Assembly (NCBI GenBank): GCA_018398765.1
Contig: JAHBMJ010000222.1
Location: 1 to 54,314, forward strand
Length of the DNA stretch: 54,314 bases
Origin: Chromera velia
Taxonomy: Eukaryota
Direction: 5' to 3'
Positions within the stretch are counted from its first letter, which is position 1, and the number at the start of each line of letters is the position of its first letter. Shown piece by piece: positions 12,501 through 25,352 of the stretch. The notes under the pieces are model-generated. The model saw only the letters and a list, made by a program, of their open reading frames with translations, searched no databases and was not told the origin of the DNA. The position numbers and the translations under genes are program-made.

Positions 12501-13277
12501 AGGGTATTACTCTTGAAGGCGTCCAGACGGCCAAAAGCCCGACGAAGCCTTTCCTCGATTGAACTCAACTCACCCCACGCAGACTGAACAGAGACCCCAT
12601 CAGGATCGGAACCGGACCCCACCACACCCTCTGAGGCTCTTCGAATCGCTCTGTCGTTGCGTTGTCGGGTTCTGCTTATGAACTGCTCTGCCACTGCAGT
12701 GACTTGGGCCGCCTCTTCTTGCAGTTGGCTCAGGCTGTGGGCCCGTGCCCCGGAGAAGGGGGAGGAGGCCCAGCCAGAGGGAAACTCAACTGACAGACGC
12801 TGCACAGAGCGCACCCATCCCAGCACTTCTGCTGCTCTCTCTCGCTCTCCCCTGATCAACGACGGCATGACCAGGTTGAGGTCTAGAGACGGGGAGAAGG
12901 CAGGTTGAGGATGCAAACTCCAGAGGCAGCTTTGGGGGAAGAGCTCCAGAGTCTGCGAGAAAGAACGCAAAGGGTAGAATGTGAACCTGCGAAGTTCCAC
13001 GATTCAAGTCCTTGATGACTAGAGGCGGGGCTCACACACACACACACACACACACAAACCGACTGACATCAAGATCAAAAGGTGCGCCTTTGAGAACCTC
13101 CCGGAGAGTTTTGCAGACCCTCAGCGAGATACACAGTTCTTCAAGGGGGAGAAAGAGATTGTAAATGCGATGGAGCGAATCGTCGGGAAGGGACAGGAAG
13201 GTCATCTTCCCACACAAAGAATCTTCCTTCTCTTCTGTCTCCGTCTCCTCCATCTGTCTCTGAAGAGAAGCTTTCAT
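7057..13277 (-). CDS. Multi-exon F-box protein with LRR-like/low-complexity C-terminal region
   Basis: N-terminal FLSLPDDSLHRIYNLFLPLEELCISLRVCKTLREV fits the F-box consensus. Exons with GT-AG borders: 13277-13060, 12986-11930, 11064-10387, ~8895-8175, ~7915-7057. LxxLxL-type motifs (FPCLNTLVL, FPQLKTLKL, LPCLRVV). Exons near 9300-9790 and inside the N gaps are unresolved. Confidence 0.65.
8925..9251. other. Assembly gap (others at 6787-6800 and 11149-11477)
   Basis: Runs of N adjacent to G/C homopolymers. Confidence 0.99.
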
Positions 13278-13510
13278 CTCGCTAAGGTTTGAAACTTCGA
13301 GAGTCTACGACTCACAACAGCTCAGCGACACACTCAGATGAAGGCAGGTTAGACCCAGATGATTCAGGTGAACACCCTGAGCTTGACGAGAAGTTTATAT
13401 AGTGCTACAGTGTTGGAAGCTTTTGGTTCGATGCCTTTGGAAAGCGAAGCGGGGGGCACTTATACTTATAGTCACTTCCGCGCGCACAGCGCGCGCACTC
13501 ACTTGTATTA

Positions 13511-15302
13511 ACGCCAGGCCATACCGACAATGAACACTAGCGTACATATTCCTACCACAGAGAGGTCCGAAAGGTTCAAATATCGTGAACGTCAAACAGT
13601 CAGAAACGGTTACAGTCTGTGTGGATGCACTGTCTCTGCATGCATGAACATACAAGGAAAAAACCCACCAAACACATAAACAGAGGCTCCGCCCGGCTTT
13701 TCAAAGTTGTGTGGGGGACTGCTTACCTGCAGGGATACACATGCATGCATAGAGTCCAAAATTACTCAGAGAGCAGTACCAGTCTGTACATGCACTGCTG
13801 TTTTCATTGCTTACCTATCCCGTTCCTCACTGTACTGTAGCAGTCCAAGCCACAGATCTTTGCAGTTATGACTAAAAAAAATGGTCCCCTGCCTGGCTGT
13901 ATAGTGTAAGCATGCAGTTGATAGAGGAGACAGACATACTGCTCTAGCTCATCTAAATGTGTTTGTTTGAGTGTCTGACTGTTGACTTCTTATGGTATAG
14001 ACCCCATGTATTCTAAAGTACTCTCGTCACACTTTCATTTGTCATGGTGATTGATTGGTGCAAGAGAGAATACATACCCACACGAAGCATCACTACTTTC
14101 AAACAGAACACATGCAGACATACATGTATGCAGATAGACCGTTCGATGCATCCAAGTCAAAAATTTGTCAAAAGAGTTAGATGGCCCCAAAGAGCAGTGT
14201 TGCGGTTGTCCCGCAGTGTTTATTCTTGGTATGGCCTCACGGCCTGAGTGGTCATTTCAAGAAATAGAAAAGGCATGATAGAGCCATTAAAGGTAAACAA
14301 ATACAGCAGTGCCACTATCTCAAAAAGAGTTTCAAACAATTAGAAGGCTTAATGGTATGAGTGAGAGAGAAGCGAAAGTGTCTTTAGGAGTGCTGTGCTG
14401 TAGGTGGAAGGGGGGGGGGGGTTAACCATACTGACAAGTTGCTGACCTCTTTCAATGAAGAAACAGGGAGGCCAAACAGCAAACACCTGCATTGAGGTAC
14501 AGTGCAGCAAATATGTGTAGATACGCTCTGATGGCATGCAGGTCACAGTCCTTCCCGAAATGACCCCTCACGATGCCAGGTCATATCAACAATGAACACT
14601 AGCGTATATATTCCTACCATAGAGAGGTCCGAAAGGTTCAAATATCGTGAACGTCAAACAGTTAGAAACGGTTACAGTCTGTGTGGATACACTGTCTCTG
14701 CATGCATGAACATACAAGGAAAAAACCCACCAAACATACAAACAGAGGCTCCGCCCGGCTTTTTAAAGTTGTGTGGGGGACTGCCTGCCTGCAGGGATAT
14801 ACATACATGCATAGAGTCCAAAATCGCTTAGAGAACAGTACCAGTCTATACATGCACAGCTGTTTTCATTGCCTACCTATCCCATTCCTCACTGCACTGT
14901 AGCAGTCCAAGCCACAGATCTTTGCAGTTATGACTAAAAAAAATGGTCCCCTGCCTGGCTGTATAGTGTAAGCATGCAGTTGATAGAGGAGACAGACATA
15001 CTGCTCTGGCTCATCTAAATGTGTTTGTTTGAGTGTCTGACTGTTGACTTCTTATGGTATAGACCCCATGTATTCTAAAGTACTCTCGTCACACTTTTAT
15101 TTGTCATGGTGATTGATTGGTATAAGAGAGAATACATACCTACACAAAGCATCGCTACTTTCAAACAGAATACATGCAGACATACATGTATGCAGATAGA
15201 CCGTTCGATGCATCCAAGTCAAAAATTCGACAAAAAAGTTAGATAGCCCCGAAGAGTAGTGTCGCGGTTGTCCCGCAGTGTTCATTCTCGGTATGGCCTC
15301 AC
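13511..15302 (+). repeat. Direct duplication of a ~730-bp non-coding unit (13511-14240 and 14573-15302)
   Basis: Colinear matches, e.g. CAATGAACACTAGCGTA ... GGTATGGCCTCAC. Differences are mostly transitions. Confidence 0.95.
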
Positions 15303-15662
15303 AGTATTAATGGCCCCGGAAAGCGAAGTGGGGAGCACTTATAAAACGGCATGCAGGCAGTGTCTTTCACCAAAAACGTGGCCCTGAACGGCTGATTTGC
15401 GCCGCGTGTGCGTCAGATGGGTTTCAGAGTTACCTCTGGGCTTTTTTCCTGGGGGAGAGAGGGGGGGCGACTAGGCATGGTCGACTGGCCGGCATGTGTC
15501 AATCGTGTCAGTTCTCACTTTTTTTGCTTTCCAGGGCCGTTCGCAAGCTTGCTTGCGTCAGATTGATATATTGATTGTATGCATGCAGTCGATTGCATAT
15601 ATGCTAGGGCCTAGGGCCTCGGTTCTTGTCTAGTTCTATACCATGCCGCGGCATGCAGTGAT

Positions 15663-16244
15663 CTAGGGTCTGGCACTTATACTGGGTTACAGCTTTCAAC
15701 ACCTCCCGTACATAAGGGTATACCCCCCTGTAATGTTACCCTTACTTCAAAAGTGGTCCCAATCAATCAATCTCATCAGGGTACATCTAAAAATATTGAA
15801 AACATCTTTTGTTGATTGAAGTTACATGAGAAACTGACGAAAAACGATGTGTCCCTTTCACTTTGTAGCTAAACCCCTTGTAACCTTGTAACCTGTAACC
15901 TAAAATGACCCTCTTCAAAAGTGATGTAACCTTCGTCTACATGTATTTTAAAGTGTTTTTGAAGTAATTTGAAAAGTTTTTGAAAGTTGACTTTTTGGTC
16001 GGTTACGGACTTTAAGACCCCCTGTAACCTTGTAACCTGTAACCTTGCAAGGGGACATATATAATAAGGGGTGGAACCTCATGTAACCATATAAACTATA
16101 CAGTAAAAGTGATTGATTTTGAAGTAACTCAATATGCCGGACCTTCAGCTTGTCTGAAAAGCTCGTCCAAATATTTTTTGGTTCATTTTTTATATCATTT
16201 TTACACTTGTAACCCTATATGAGCCCAAGAGTGCCCCCCTCTAG
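15663..16244. mobile_element. Non-autonomous TIR element (582 bp) with CTAG termini and 8-bp TSD GCAGTGAT
   Basis: GCAGTGAT at 15655-15662 and 16245-16252. Imperfect TIR CTAG-GG..GGCACT..GGGTTACA. Many internal TGTAACC motifs. Confidence 0.8.
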
Positions 16245-16828
16245 GCAGTGATCTCATGTTATAGACTTGTTCGTGTTTTATACTGACATCCGTCATACAT
16301 TTTGATGCACGATTGTGACACACCCTCAGTTGCGTATATTAGTAATATTATATAGTGTCTCGATCGCTGCAATATATGTAGTGCTCAGCGTTTTTTAAAA
16401 TTAATATATATATATATATATATATATAAATATATACGTGGGTGTGCATGCATGTTATGTACTTTTTCGCTGGTACATGCATGGGGCCTTTAGATTTGCT
16501 CGAAGATCCGCCCTCCGAGGAGTATTTCGCCTGACCTTCTGCATGCATTGAACTTCCACCGATACATACATGCAGTCTGTTGATAAGAGATACATACAGT
16601 CTGTTTCAGGTATACACATGCATTTCAGTTGTTTCAAATTCAAAACAAACAAATTTTATATACATAGCACAGCTCCAAGATCACTTCCTTGTCAAACATC
16701 CTCCTGCATTCTGATCATTGATTGCTTCTCCGCTCATCGATTCATTTATTGATGGCTTGTTGATCACGAATCATTTCGCATCTATCAGAACATACGAATA
16801 CTATCCTACAAAACGGTGGGCTATCCAT

Positions 16829-17175
16829 CGAGGTTCTTGCAGAATCACAGACGAAAGGAGTACTGCAATGACTGTGAAGAAAAGGCTCGGCGTCCTTGTT
16901 AAGTGGACGGCTGCACTAACAAGCTCAGGCCTGCCCAGCAAAAATTTTGTTCAAATCAATGTCGCCACAAAGTACGCGACCTATCTGCTCGCCCTCTGCT
17001 GTCAAGGGCGTGTGAAAATTGTCAGGAGCCTTTCACCACCCACATCCAGCGAAAGATCTTTTGTACAGACCTCTGCAGAGTTCAGCACTCGAGAACATAA
17101 GACCGGCTAAAACGGGAACAGATGACGGCTGCAGAAGAAGCGCATCGAACTCAAATATGCACACGTTCTCTAGGC
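16829..17175 (+). pseudogene. Decayed Cys-rich zinc-ribbon fragment (CxxC...FCSxxC repeats)
   Basis: One frame reads YCNDC..RPC*VDGC..KFCSNQC..ACENC..IFCTDLC..RT*, with two TAA stops. Confidence 0.5.
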
Positions 17176-17179
17176 ACGT

Positions 17180-18170
17180 TCTCTCTGCTTCCATCTTTCA
17201 TGTTTCCTACTCGAATTATGGCCTCGATCTCTACTTCCATCTTTCTGTCTGTTTACATGACGGCTTCTCCACTTTCATCTTCCCTGAGTGGTTGCATGAA
17301 GTCTTCTCATCTTCCTTCTTTCCTGTTTGCTTGCCTGATAGCTCTCTACTTTTTTCTGTCTTGCTTGCCTGCATGCGTGACGGCTCTCTATGCTTTCACC
17401 TTTCCTCGCTACCTGCCTTTATGATGGCCTCTCTACTTTCATCTTTCCTGTCCAATTATATGAAAGCTTATCCGCTTCCATCATAAAAAAAGTTCTATGT
17501 TACCTGTCGGTTTGTATGACGCCTTCTCAGGTTCCTCCCTGTCTGTTTGCATGTCGACTCTCCTTTTGTCTATCTTGACTGCTTGAAGATGGCTCTCCAC
17601 TTCCATCTTTCATGTGTGCATATATGATGGCCTCTCCCTTTTCATCAATCTTTCCTGTCCACTTACATGACAGCCTCTGGATTCTACGTTTCCTGTCGGT
17701 CTGCATGACGGCCTCTCTATTTTCACCCTCCTTATCTGCTTCCTTGACGACTCCCCACTTTCGTCCGTCTTGCCTGTTTGTATGAGGGCTTGCCGCTTTC
17801 ATCTTTCCAGTCTTTCCAGCCTGCGTCTATAACGGCCTCTCCCATTTTTATCTTCCCTTTCAACGTACTTGCATAGAAGCCTTTCTGCTTCCATGTTTCC
17901 TGTCGGTTTGCAGGACGTCTTCTCAGCTTCCATCCTCCCTGTCTGCATGCACGATGACTTTTTACTTTCGCCCGCTTCCGTCCGTTTTGCCTGCTTGCAT
18001 GACGGCCTCCCCAGTTTCATCAATCTTTCATGTCTGCCAGTCTATCTGCTTGCAGAAGGTCTGCTTCACTTTCATCTTCCGTGTCCCCTCGCATAATGAC
18101 CTTTCGGTCTTCATCTTTCTTGTCTGTCTACGTGTATGACGTCTGCCCCACTTTCAGCTTTCTGGTTTTC
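17180..18170. repeat. Degenerate ~40-bp minisatellite (consensus near CATGACGGCCTCTCCACTTTCATCTTTCCTGTCTG)
   Basis: Recurring ATGACGGCCTC / TTTCATCTT cores at roughly regular spacing. Confidence 0.75.
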
Positions 18171-20299
18171 TTTTCTGTTTTCATATGGTTGGATGCTGGC
18201 TTTTCTTAAATGATAAAGCACGTTTTTGCCTATCTAAAATGTGGATAGCACAATCATTGGAAGTATTGAGCACACATTGCAACAACAATCAATAACAAAA
18301 ACCTTTTCGGATTGTTAGTATTTTTAATATATTCATCGTAATAACTTATATTTAAAGTTCACTTTTATATGAAATACTGTTATTTATAAAATCGCTCCCG
18401 ATTACTCCTGAGTAAAAAAACTAAATAAATTTGCGATTGTTTACGGTTAACCTTTTGAATACTTTTGAAAGTTGCATAAAGAAATATTGAAAGATAAAAA
18501 ATGTTTAGCTACTGTAATTTATATGTTAGAATTTATGTCATTAGCAAAAGAACACTAGTCTGAGCTCACCTTGTGGTTTCTTTCTTAGTTTCTCCTCTCT
18601 TTATATGCAATAGACTACAGTAGGCCGAAACTTTCATCACTGCAATCTCAGAACAAGACTTTACCAACAGTAGCTATAAATCTGCTAGCTCTAGTATTTG
18701 TTTTTGCTGCAATTTGATGTACTCCTTTTCTTTCTTTTCTATAGCTCCCTCCACCAACCTTCCAATAGGGCCTCCATTACCCCTTGGGTGCTAGTCAGAT
18801 TTTGTAGGCTCTTTTATACCACTTACCAGCCTTTTCCCATGAAAAAAACAAACGACCGGCAGTTTTCCACTCAAAAACCGCTTCATACCGGATTTTCCCC
18901 AAAAAATAGTATTTATAAGTATTTATATTATTATACATATATGTAGTGAAAAAGAAGTTTATAAAAATAATGACATGGTTCTAGTACAGTAGTAGTGACT
19001 AAATATTACACTGTAAAAAGATATATTAAAATTATTTTAAAGTATATTTTATAAGACAATGAGGATGGTCGAGATGGACCGACGGAGAAGTATAGGAATC
19101 AAAAGCAAAGAGCTAGTCCTTAGCAGACAGACTAGAAACACAAAGCCAAAGGATGATGCTGTGACCTGATGACCTGATGTCCGAAGTCTATACACATACA
19201 CAGAAGTCTGTCAATCGAAAGGACTAACCTGAGTAGTACCATAAAGAGGCTTAATCGATCGAGGCAGGATGGAATCAATATGCAGAGTGAAAGTCGATCG
19301 ATCGATCTCGACAGTCGATCGACTAATTGGCTCGCCATGCATCGATGGGCCCTTTGAGAAATACACATCTACCACTTCTTAATTGAATCGCTCCTTTCCT
19401 ATTTGTTGACATACAAGTGTCATCCAGGCACTCATTATAATGTATGAAGTCAATCACCAACAACATATGCACAACAGTTGCACAACAGATCAAACGGTAC
19501 GCATAGATGGATCGATCGGTCCTCACAGCGACGCATGCACGCACGTGGACTGATGGCGTCGCATGCACGCCACGTCTCTAAATTGAACCTTCACGAGAAT
19601 AATGCATGGACTCACATGCACCGACCAGAGACCAGAACAAATTAGATGAGAATATGTACCGCGCATACAAGGTGACAATGATTGGCGGCGCACAACTGCA
19701 TAAGGGTCAGCCCTATGCTTTTGTCTCCACACAATCTCACTGCTGCTCATATAACCAGGATGTTCATTCTAAGAGATCACCCCCTTTGCGCTGACGCTCT
19801 AGGGATTGGATCAGCAGAAGCGCAAACGACAAGAACGAAAGCATGCAGAAAAAACGAATGAAAGCTCATTTACAAAGAGAGGAGACAAATGGAATATAAG
19901 TCAGAAGAAACGTTATAAAAGAGATAAAACAATCAATCTTCAAACGGATAGCCTGAAACCAAGTAAGAGCAAGCAGACCAGAAATCAGATAGAATCAGAT
20001 TAGGCATATCCAATGACCGTGTGATCAATCTTGACCGATGACCGATGACCAAAGATACAGAGATAGAAAGAGACCGAACGACCATGCATGCACTCAATTG
20101 CAAACTGAATTACAAACTGAGTCTCATGTAACCAAAGAACCGATGACCGAAAAGCGAGTTTCTCCTTTCACAGATGGGAGGAGAGTAAAAACAGAAACAG
20201 ATCAGAGAACAGACCGATCTTCAAATCGGAGCCGCACCCCCGATCTAGCAGATCCACTCCTTTGAGGTGCCGTAGTCATCCGTGAAGGTAACCTTCTTT

Positions 20300-21115
20300 T
20301 CGTTCTTCACCTCGGCAGGGGGAGTAGAAGAAGAACCTGCGCGATGATCTTCGAGTGCGTCTGCACTTTTAGTGCTTCTGCACATGCATGCAAAATGGCC
20401 TCCCTTTCCATACGAGTTGCATTGCTTGCCTTGTGCAGGGCAGCGGTGCGAAGCCTAAGCTTCGAGACGGAATTCACAGTTGCGACACGTCTTCTCTCCT
20501 TGTTCAACTCTGTCAGTCGGGAACTTGTTCGGCTTGGTGGTGGATTTCATGGAGAGGCCGGCCATGGAAGAGAAGTCCTAGGAGAAATCAGAAGTATTGC
20601 CAATGACGGCAGGGTTCTTGGTCTTGCCCGAGAGAGCCTCCACTCGGAAGAGACTCTTCATCGCATCCTGCAGGGCTGCCCAGGTATCGCGGTCACCCAT
20701 CAGGATGGCGACCTTCTCCTTCTTCTGGTCAGTGAGGGCGTTCATCAGGTAGACGGACTTGTCGAAGTCCAACATGGTCTGGCCAGCGAGGAGGGTGGCC
20801 TCGTACGCTGCCACAGCAGCAAAGAAGCGGTCAAAGAAGATCTTTGAGTCCTCGTCGTGCCGCTGTGACAGTCGGATATTATGGATGACCCACAAGGCGT
20901 CGACCCTCTACTTCTTGATATCATCAAGGTACAAGGCCTCCAAGTCCGTGAGAATCTCATTGAGGGCCTTCTGGTTTGCCGTCCAGTCGGGGACGACCCG
21001 CTCAACTCGCTGCATGAACACAAGATCAATGTTCTCCTCCCCCTTTGCTACACTTGCAGTTACGTCGAACGCTGACTGCATGTACATTTTCTTCAGGTCA
21101 TCTCCTATAGTAGTT
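20300..21115 (-). pseudogene. gag: gypsy Gag with tandem zinc knuckles
   Basis: TCRNC...HRCPAQGKQCNSYGKGGHFACMCRS, a gypsy-type double knuckle with one Cys>Tyr change. Several in-frame stops. Confidence 0.85.
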
Positions 21116-21510
21116 GCTTGAAGAAGAAGGACTGCTCTGCGGAAGCTTCCTTTCTACTTCTTAAAGTGTGCAACACCAAAGGCTTTGAAAAGGGGAACTG
21201 AAATGGAAGAGACAGTTGCCATCTTTCCAACCAGTCTGACACGTACTGATAGAAGACAATGAGGATGGTCGAGATGGACCGACAGAGAAGTATAGGAATC
21301 AAAAACAAAGAGCTAGTCCTTAGTAGACAGACTAGAAACAGAAAGCCAAAAGACGATGCTGTGATCTGATGACCTGATGTCCAAAGTCCATACACATACA
21401 CAGAAGTCTGTCAATCGAAAGGACTAACCTGAGTAGTACTATAAAGAGGCTCAATCGATCGAGGCAGGATGGAATCAATACGCAAAGTGAAAGTCGATCG
21501 ATCGATCTCA

Positions 21511-23039
21511 AGCTTGTGCCTTTAAAAGTGGACTTTTGCCCTCAAGTCGGACTTTTATCTTAACTCATTCAAAAAAGCCTAAATTTTAGCCTAAATTTGA
21601 AATCTTCCACCTAATACCATATAATTGAGAATGAAAGAGATGATCATATATTATTTATTCATCAACTAATTATTTATAAAAAAATATAATATAACTATAT
21701 CAGTCATATACAATGTGGCACATTTTGTAGAAACTAATATACTGTCATACAATCTTAAATTCCTTTGAAATCTAATTTATCTGGACTGAGTGGTTTATGG
21801 TGGTTTAAAAGTTAATTCTAAACATTTTTTTTACAAAATATTTAATAGTCTATTAATTAGTAATAAAAACTAAAAAACTGCTTTATCAGATGATCCGACT
21901 CAGATCCGCGCTTTAAGTGCTGAACAAATTAAATTTTTGAATTTAATAATTGCATGTCATTGAATTTTTTAAAAAGAAGCCGGCCTAGGATCTAACTTCA
22001 AAACAGCTTGCGCACACCCAGCTCTATAGTGCGCGCGCATCGAAGCCAGCAGCTGATACAAGTGTTTCAAAGTTAAATGTTTCGGCATAGTTTAGCTTTC
22101 ATTTATATACATGTGCATGGAAACACGTGAACTTCAAGCAAAAATGATACCCCAGGCTGGAGGTTGCATCTAAAGCGAATCCCATTGGCGCAGGTCGTTA
22201 CTTATCGATCTACAACTTTCAAATCAGGAAGGAATGCAGCTGCATACATACCATCACACAAGATTCATGCGGTTTAAACCAATGGCATAGCGATTAGAAA
22301 GGAAAGAGTAATTCACATGGCAACAGAGAGAAAAGAAAGGTACATGATTTCAGTGGAGGATTTCCTCCAGTGAAGAGTCAAAAAGAGAAGAAAGAGACAG
22401 AAAAAAGACTCCGAGAAAGAAGAAAAAAAGAAGGGGGGAGGAGAGCAGGTAAAAAAAGCTTGGCTAGGGAGCTTTAGGGATCATACAGAAAGAGGAGGGG
22501 ACAGTCACTATAGGGAGGAGAGAAGCGAGTCTAAAGAGAAAGTCGCAGTGGAGAGTCTGCATGACGGGATTAAGAGAAGAAAAAACGAAGCAAACGTACA
22601 CAGGATTGAGACAATTTAAAAGAGAGATAAATGGAGAAAAACAAAAGAGAAAGCGAAGATGAAACAGGAAGGAAGGGGAAATACCGGGAGGAAGCGGAAA
22701 GGGAGGTGCCGAGAGGACTCCAAGTCGATGTCAGAGCAGAGACAGAGGGACAGATAGAGAGAGACATAGGAAGAGAAGTGGAGGGAAGGAGGGGAGAAAG
22801 AAGTCAAACAGACAATGATGTATACACATAACCAAACATGTTTGCCTCAGCTTGTGGACGCCGGCGTACATCGACACAGACATAGACACTGTGACACACG
22901 GACATGTACGGTTACGGATACACACACACACACACACATATATATATACATAGAGAGAGAGAGAGAGAGAGAGAGAGAGCATGTGACAGAAAGAGTGAAT
23001 GAAGAACTCATAGAAAAAGGCACGAGGAGAGAAAAGAGG

Positions 23040-23090
<51 letters not shown>

Positions 23091-25352
23091 GGGNGACACA
23101 GATATAGGTATGCTGAGGCTCGGATAAGAGAGGTTCCTATCTGACAGTTCAGACCTCTACTTGGCAGCGGTAGAGAACACCACCACGACACAGAAACAAC
23201 ACTGTTAAACAGGGTGGACTGCAATAAACAGAAAGGAGAGCAGGGGTGTAAAAGCAGAGGAAAGTACGTGATCTGAGTAAAAATGCAGGGGGGTCTGAGG
23301 GGGGGCGCATTTTTACCGACAACAGCCCCTTCTCGGTAAAAATGCAGGGGGCTGGGGGGGGGTAGCGCATACAAAGCAGCAGAAAAAAGGATAGAGAACA
23401 ACTTCTTGACATACAACAGACACAGAAAAATTTCAAAGTGGGAGTAGGGGGGGTGCATTTTTACCGAGCAAGGGCTGTTGTCGGTAAAAATACGCCCTCC
23501 CCCAGACCCACCCGCATTTTTACCCACGACTGACTAAGATCAAGGAATTCAACCAAGACTCACTAAAGCAAGACTGACCATCGCTGGACTTCTGCTCGAG
23601 GCTCCTACGATTGTCTAAGTACTTGAAACATAATTGAAGACGTACCTGCATGTAACATCACATGCAAGTATCTGCATGAGAATCAGATCGACCACAGAGA
23701 GATCCCACATCATGGGTCTCCTTGACAGACTGAGAAGGCAAGGAACGGAACACAAAGTGCATGAGAAGTGAACACAGAAACTGTAGATGCCTGCCAACTT
23801 AGCCTGTCTCTGTGATAATTTCGAAAATTCTACCAGGAAGGGGCTGATCTAGGTTAAAATATGGACAGACCCATTTTTACCGAGATCGGCCCTTCCTCGG
23901 TAAAAATTTCGAAATCGTCACACAGACCGTATAAGAAAACAGGCTTCCAGCAATTGATAACTTGCTTCTTTGGAACCCTAAAGCTCGATTCTTGCTTCCT
24001 TAGACGACCCAGGGGACGCACTGTCAGTCTGTCATGGGTTTGTCCATGCATGCACATTTTTACCGAGATCGGCCCTTCCTCGGTAAAAATTTCGAAATCG
24101 TCACACAGACCGTATAAGAAAACAGGCTTCTAGCAATTGATAACTTGCTTCTTTGGAACCCCAAAGCTCGATTCTTGCTTCCTTAGACGACCCAGGGGAC
24201 GCTGTGTCGGCATGTGTTGGCCTGTCATGCATGGGTTGAAATTATTCATATGTTTGTATGATACAAAACCATTGTCCTGATTCCTCTCATCAAGGGCTAT
24301 CTTTCCCTACCAAATGGACTTGCTTGAGTTGATAGAGGCCTCTTAGCCCCCTTTCTCCTGGTGTTGCTCAGGTCGGCCCTCTACACGTACGTGGAGAGTA
24401 TTTCTAGGATCTCCTCGAGCCTGGTCCTCGAGCCCATCAGTCCAAGCCTCCATTTCCGAACCAAAGTGCTCCTCACCCACCCAGAAGCTCTCTGGGAGCG
24501 CTCAGCATGGAACCAAATCATTGAAATGACTCACACGCTGTTAATTGATGAAGTACTCTTTTTCCAGCAGCTGGGATGCCATATATATATATAGAAAGCT
24601 GATTAATTTCTCATTTGTTGAATTTGAGCAAAATCGGCTTTTCCGGCCGTCGAGGGCCCCGGCATGCCCCGCCATAGGTCATGCATGCAGCCGGGGCCAA
24701 AATCGCGCGCACGGCGCCCTGCGGGCCGGGGGCCCGACAAACAATACATTAATGCGCGCCGCGCGCGCGTCCTCCTCCCATGCAATGTGTATGTAACTTG
24801 CCCGGCACCATACACATCCTTAAGTACGCTTGGCGGATTGGCTTGTGGTTTCGTGCACTTTCTTTAAACTTTCTTTAGTCTCACCACTTCAGTAAGTGTC
24901 TGGTGTTTTCTTTTGATTTCCTTTAATTGTTTTTTTTTTTTCTTATTGGTTGATCGATCGTAGTTTATAATTGCACATAACTGTCTTAGCTATAAGTAAG
25001 GGTAAATAAGCCTTAGTAAGGACAATTATGAAATAACAAAAAAAAACTAAGAATCTCGGCACCTTTTAATTAGGTTTTAGATCAACCAAACGACTTAAAC
25101 TCAGAGGAATTTAATTTGACCATTACTTTTCTATAACATGCTACAGGTTTTAACTCCATATATTTTTGTTTTGAATTTTTTTTTAGACGTAAAAACTTTT
25201 TTTGATATTAAATCTCTTATAGTTTATTATAGTTTTGACCATTCAGGATCAGTCAAGATCTAGGTCAAGATACAAGAAAAACTTTTATAGTATGAATCAT
25301 GTTTTTAAAAGTCTGACTTGAGGGCAAAAGTCCACTTTTAAAGGCACACGCC
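21511..25352. mobile_element. ~3.8-kb TIR DNA element inserted into the LTR; no transposase recognised
   Basis: ~45-bp TIR TGTGCCTTTAAAAGTGGACTTTTGCCCTCAAGTC(G/A)GACTTTTA at both ends. The LTR sequence resumes on the far side. Flanks TCTCA / TCTTG versus TCTCG in the intact LTR. Confidence 0.88.
23277..24202. repeat. Cluster of palindromic TTTTTACCGA-spacer-TCGGTAAAAA boxes, in inverted pairs and a 183-bp-period tandem duplication
   Basis: Boxes near 23309, 23456, 23872, 24055 and a degenerate one near 23828. 23277-23350 is inverted against 23450-23524. 23872-24019 is repeated at 24055-24202. Confidence 0.85.

Noticed and set aside
21225..21246. tRNA primer-binding site next to the 5' LTR (minus GTACGTGTCAGACTGG)
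   Set aside because: Only a partial match to a tRNA-Leu-type PBS and lacks the leading TGG; not called.
23277..24202. CRISPR-like palindromic repeats
   Set aside because: Irregular spacing, mixed orientation, duplicated rather than unique spacers, no cas genes, eukaryotic context.
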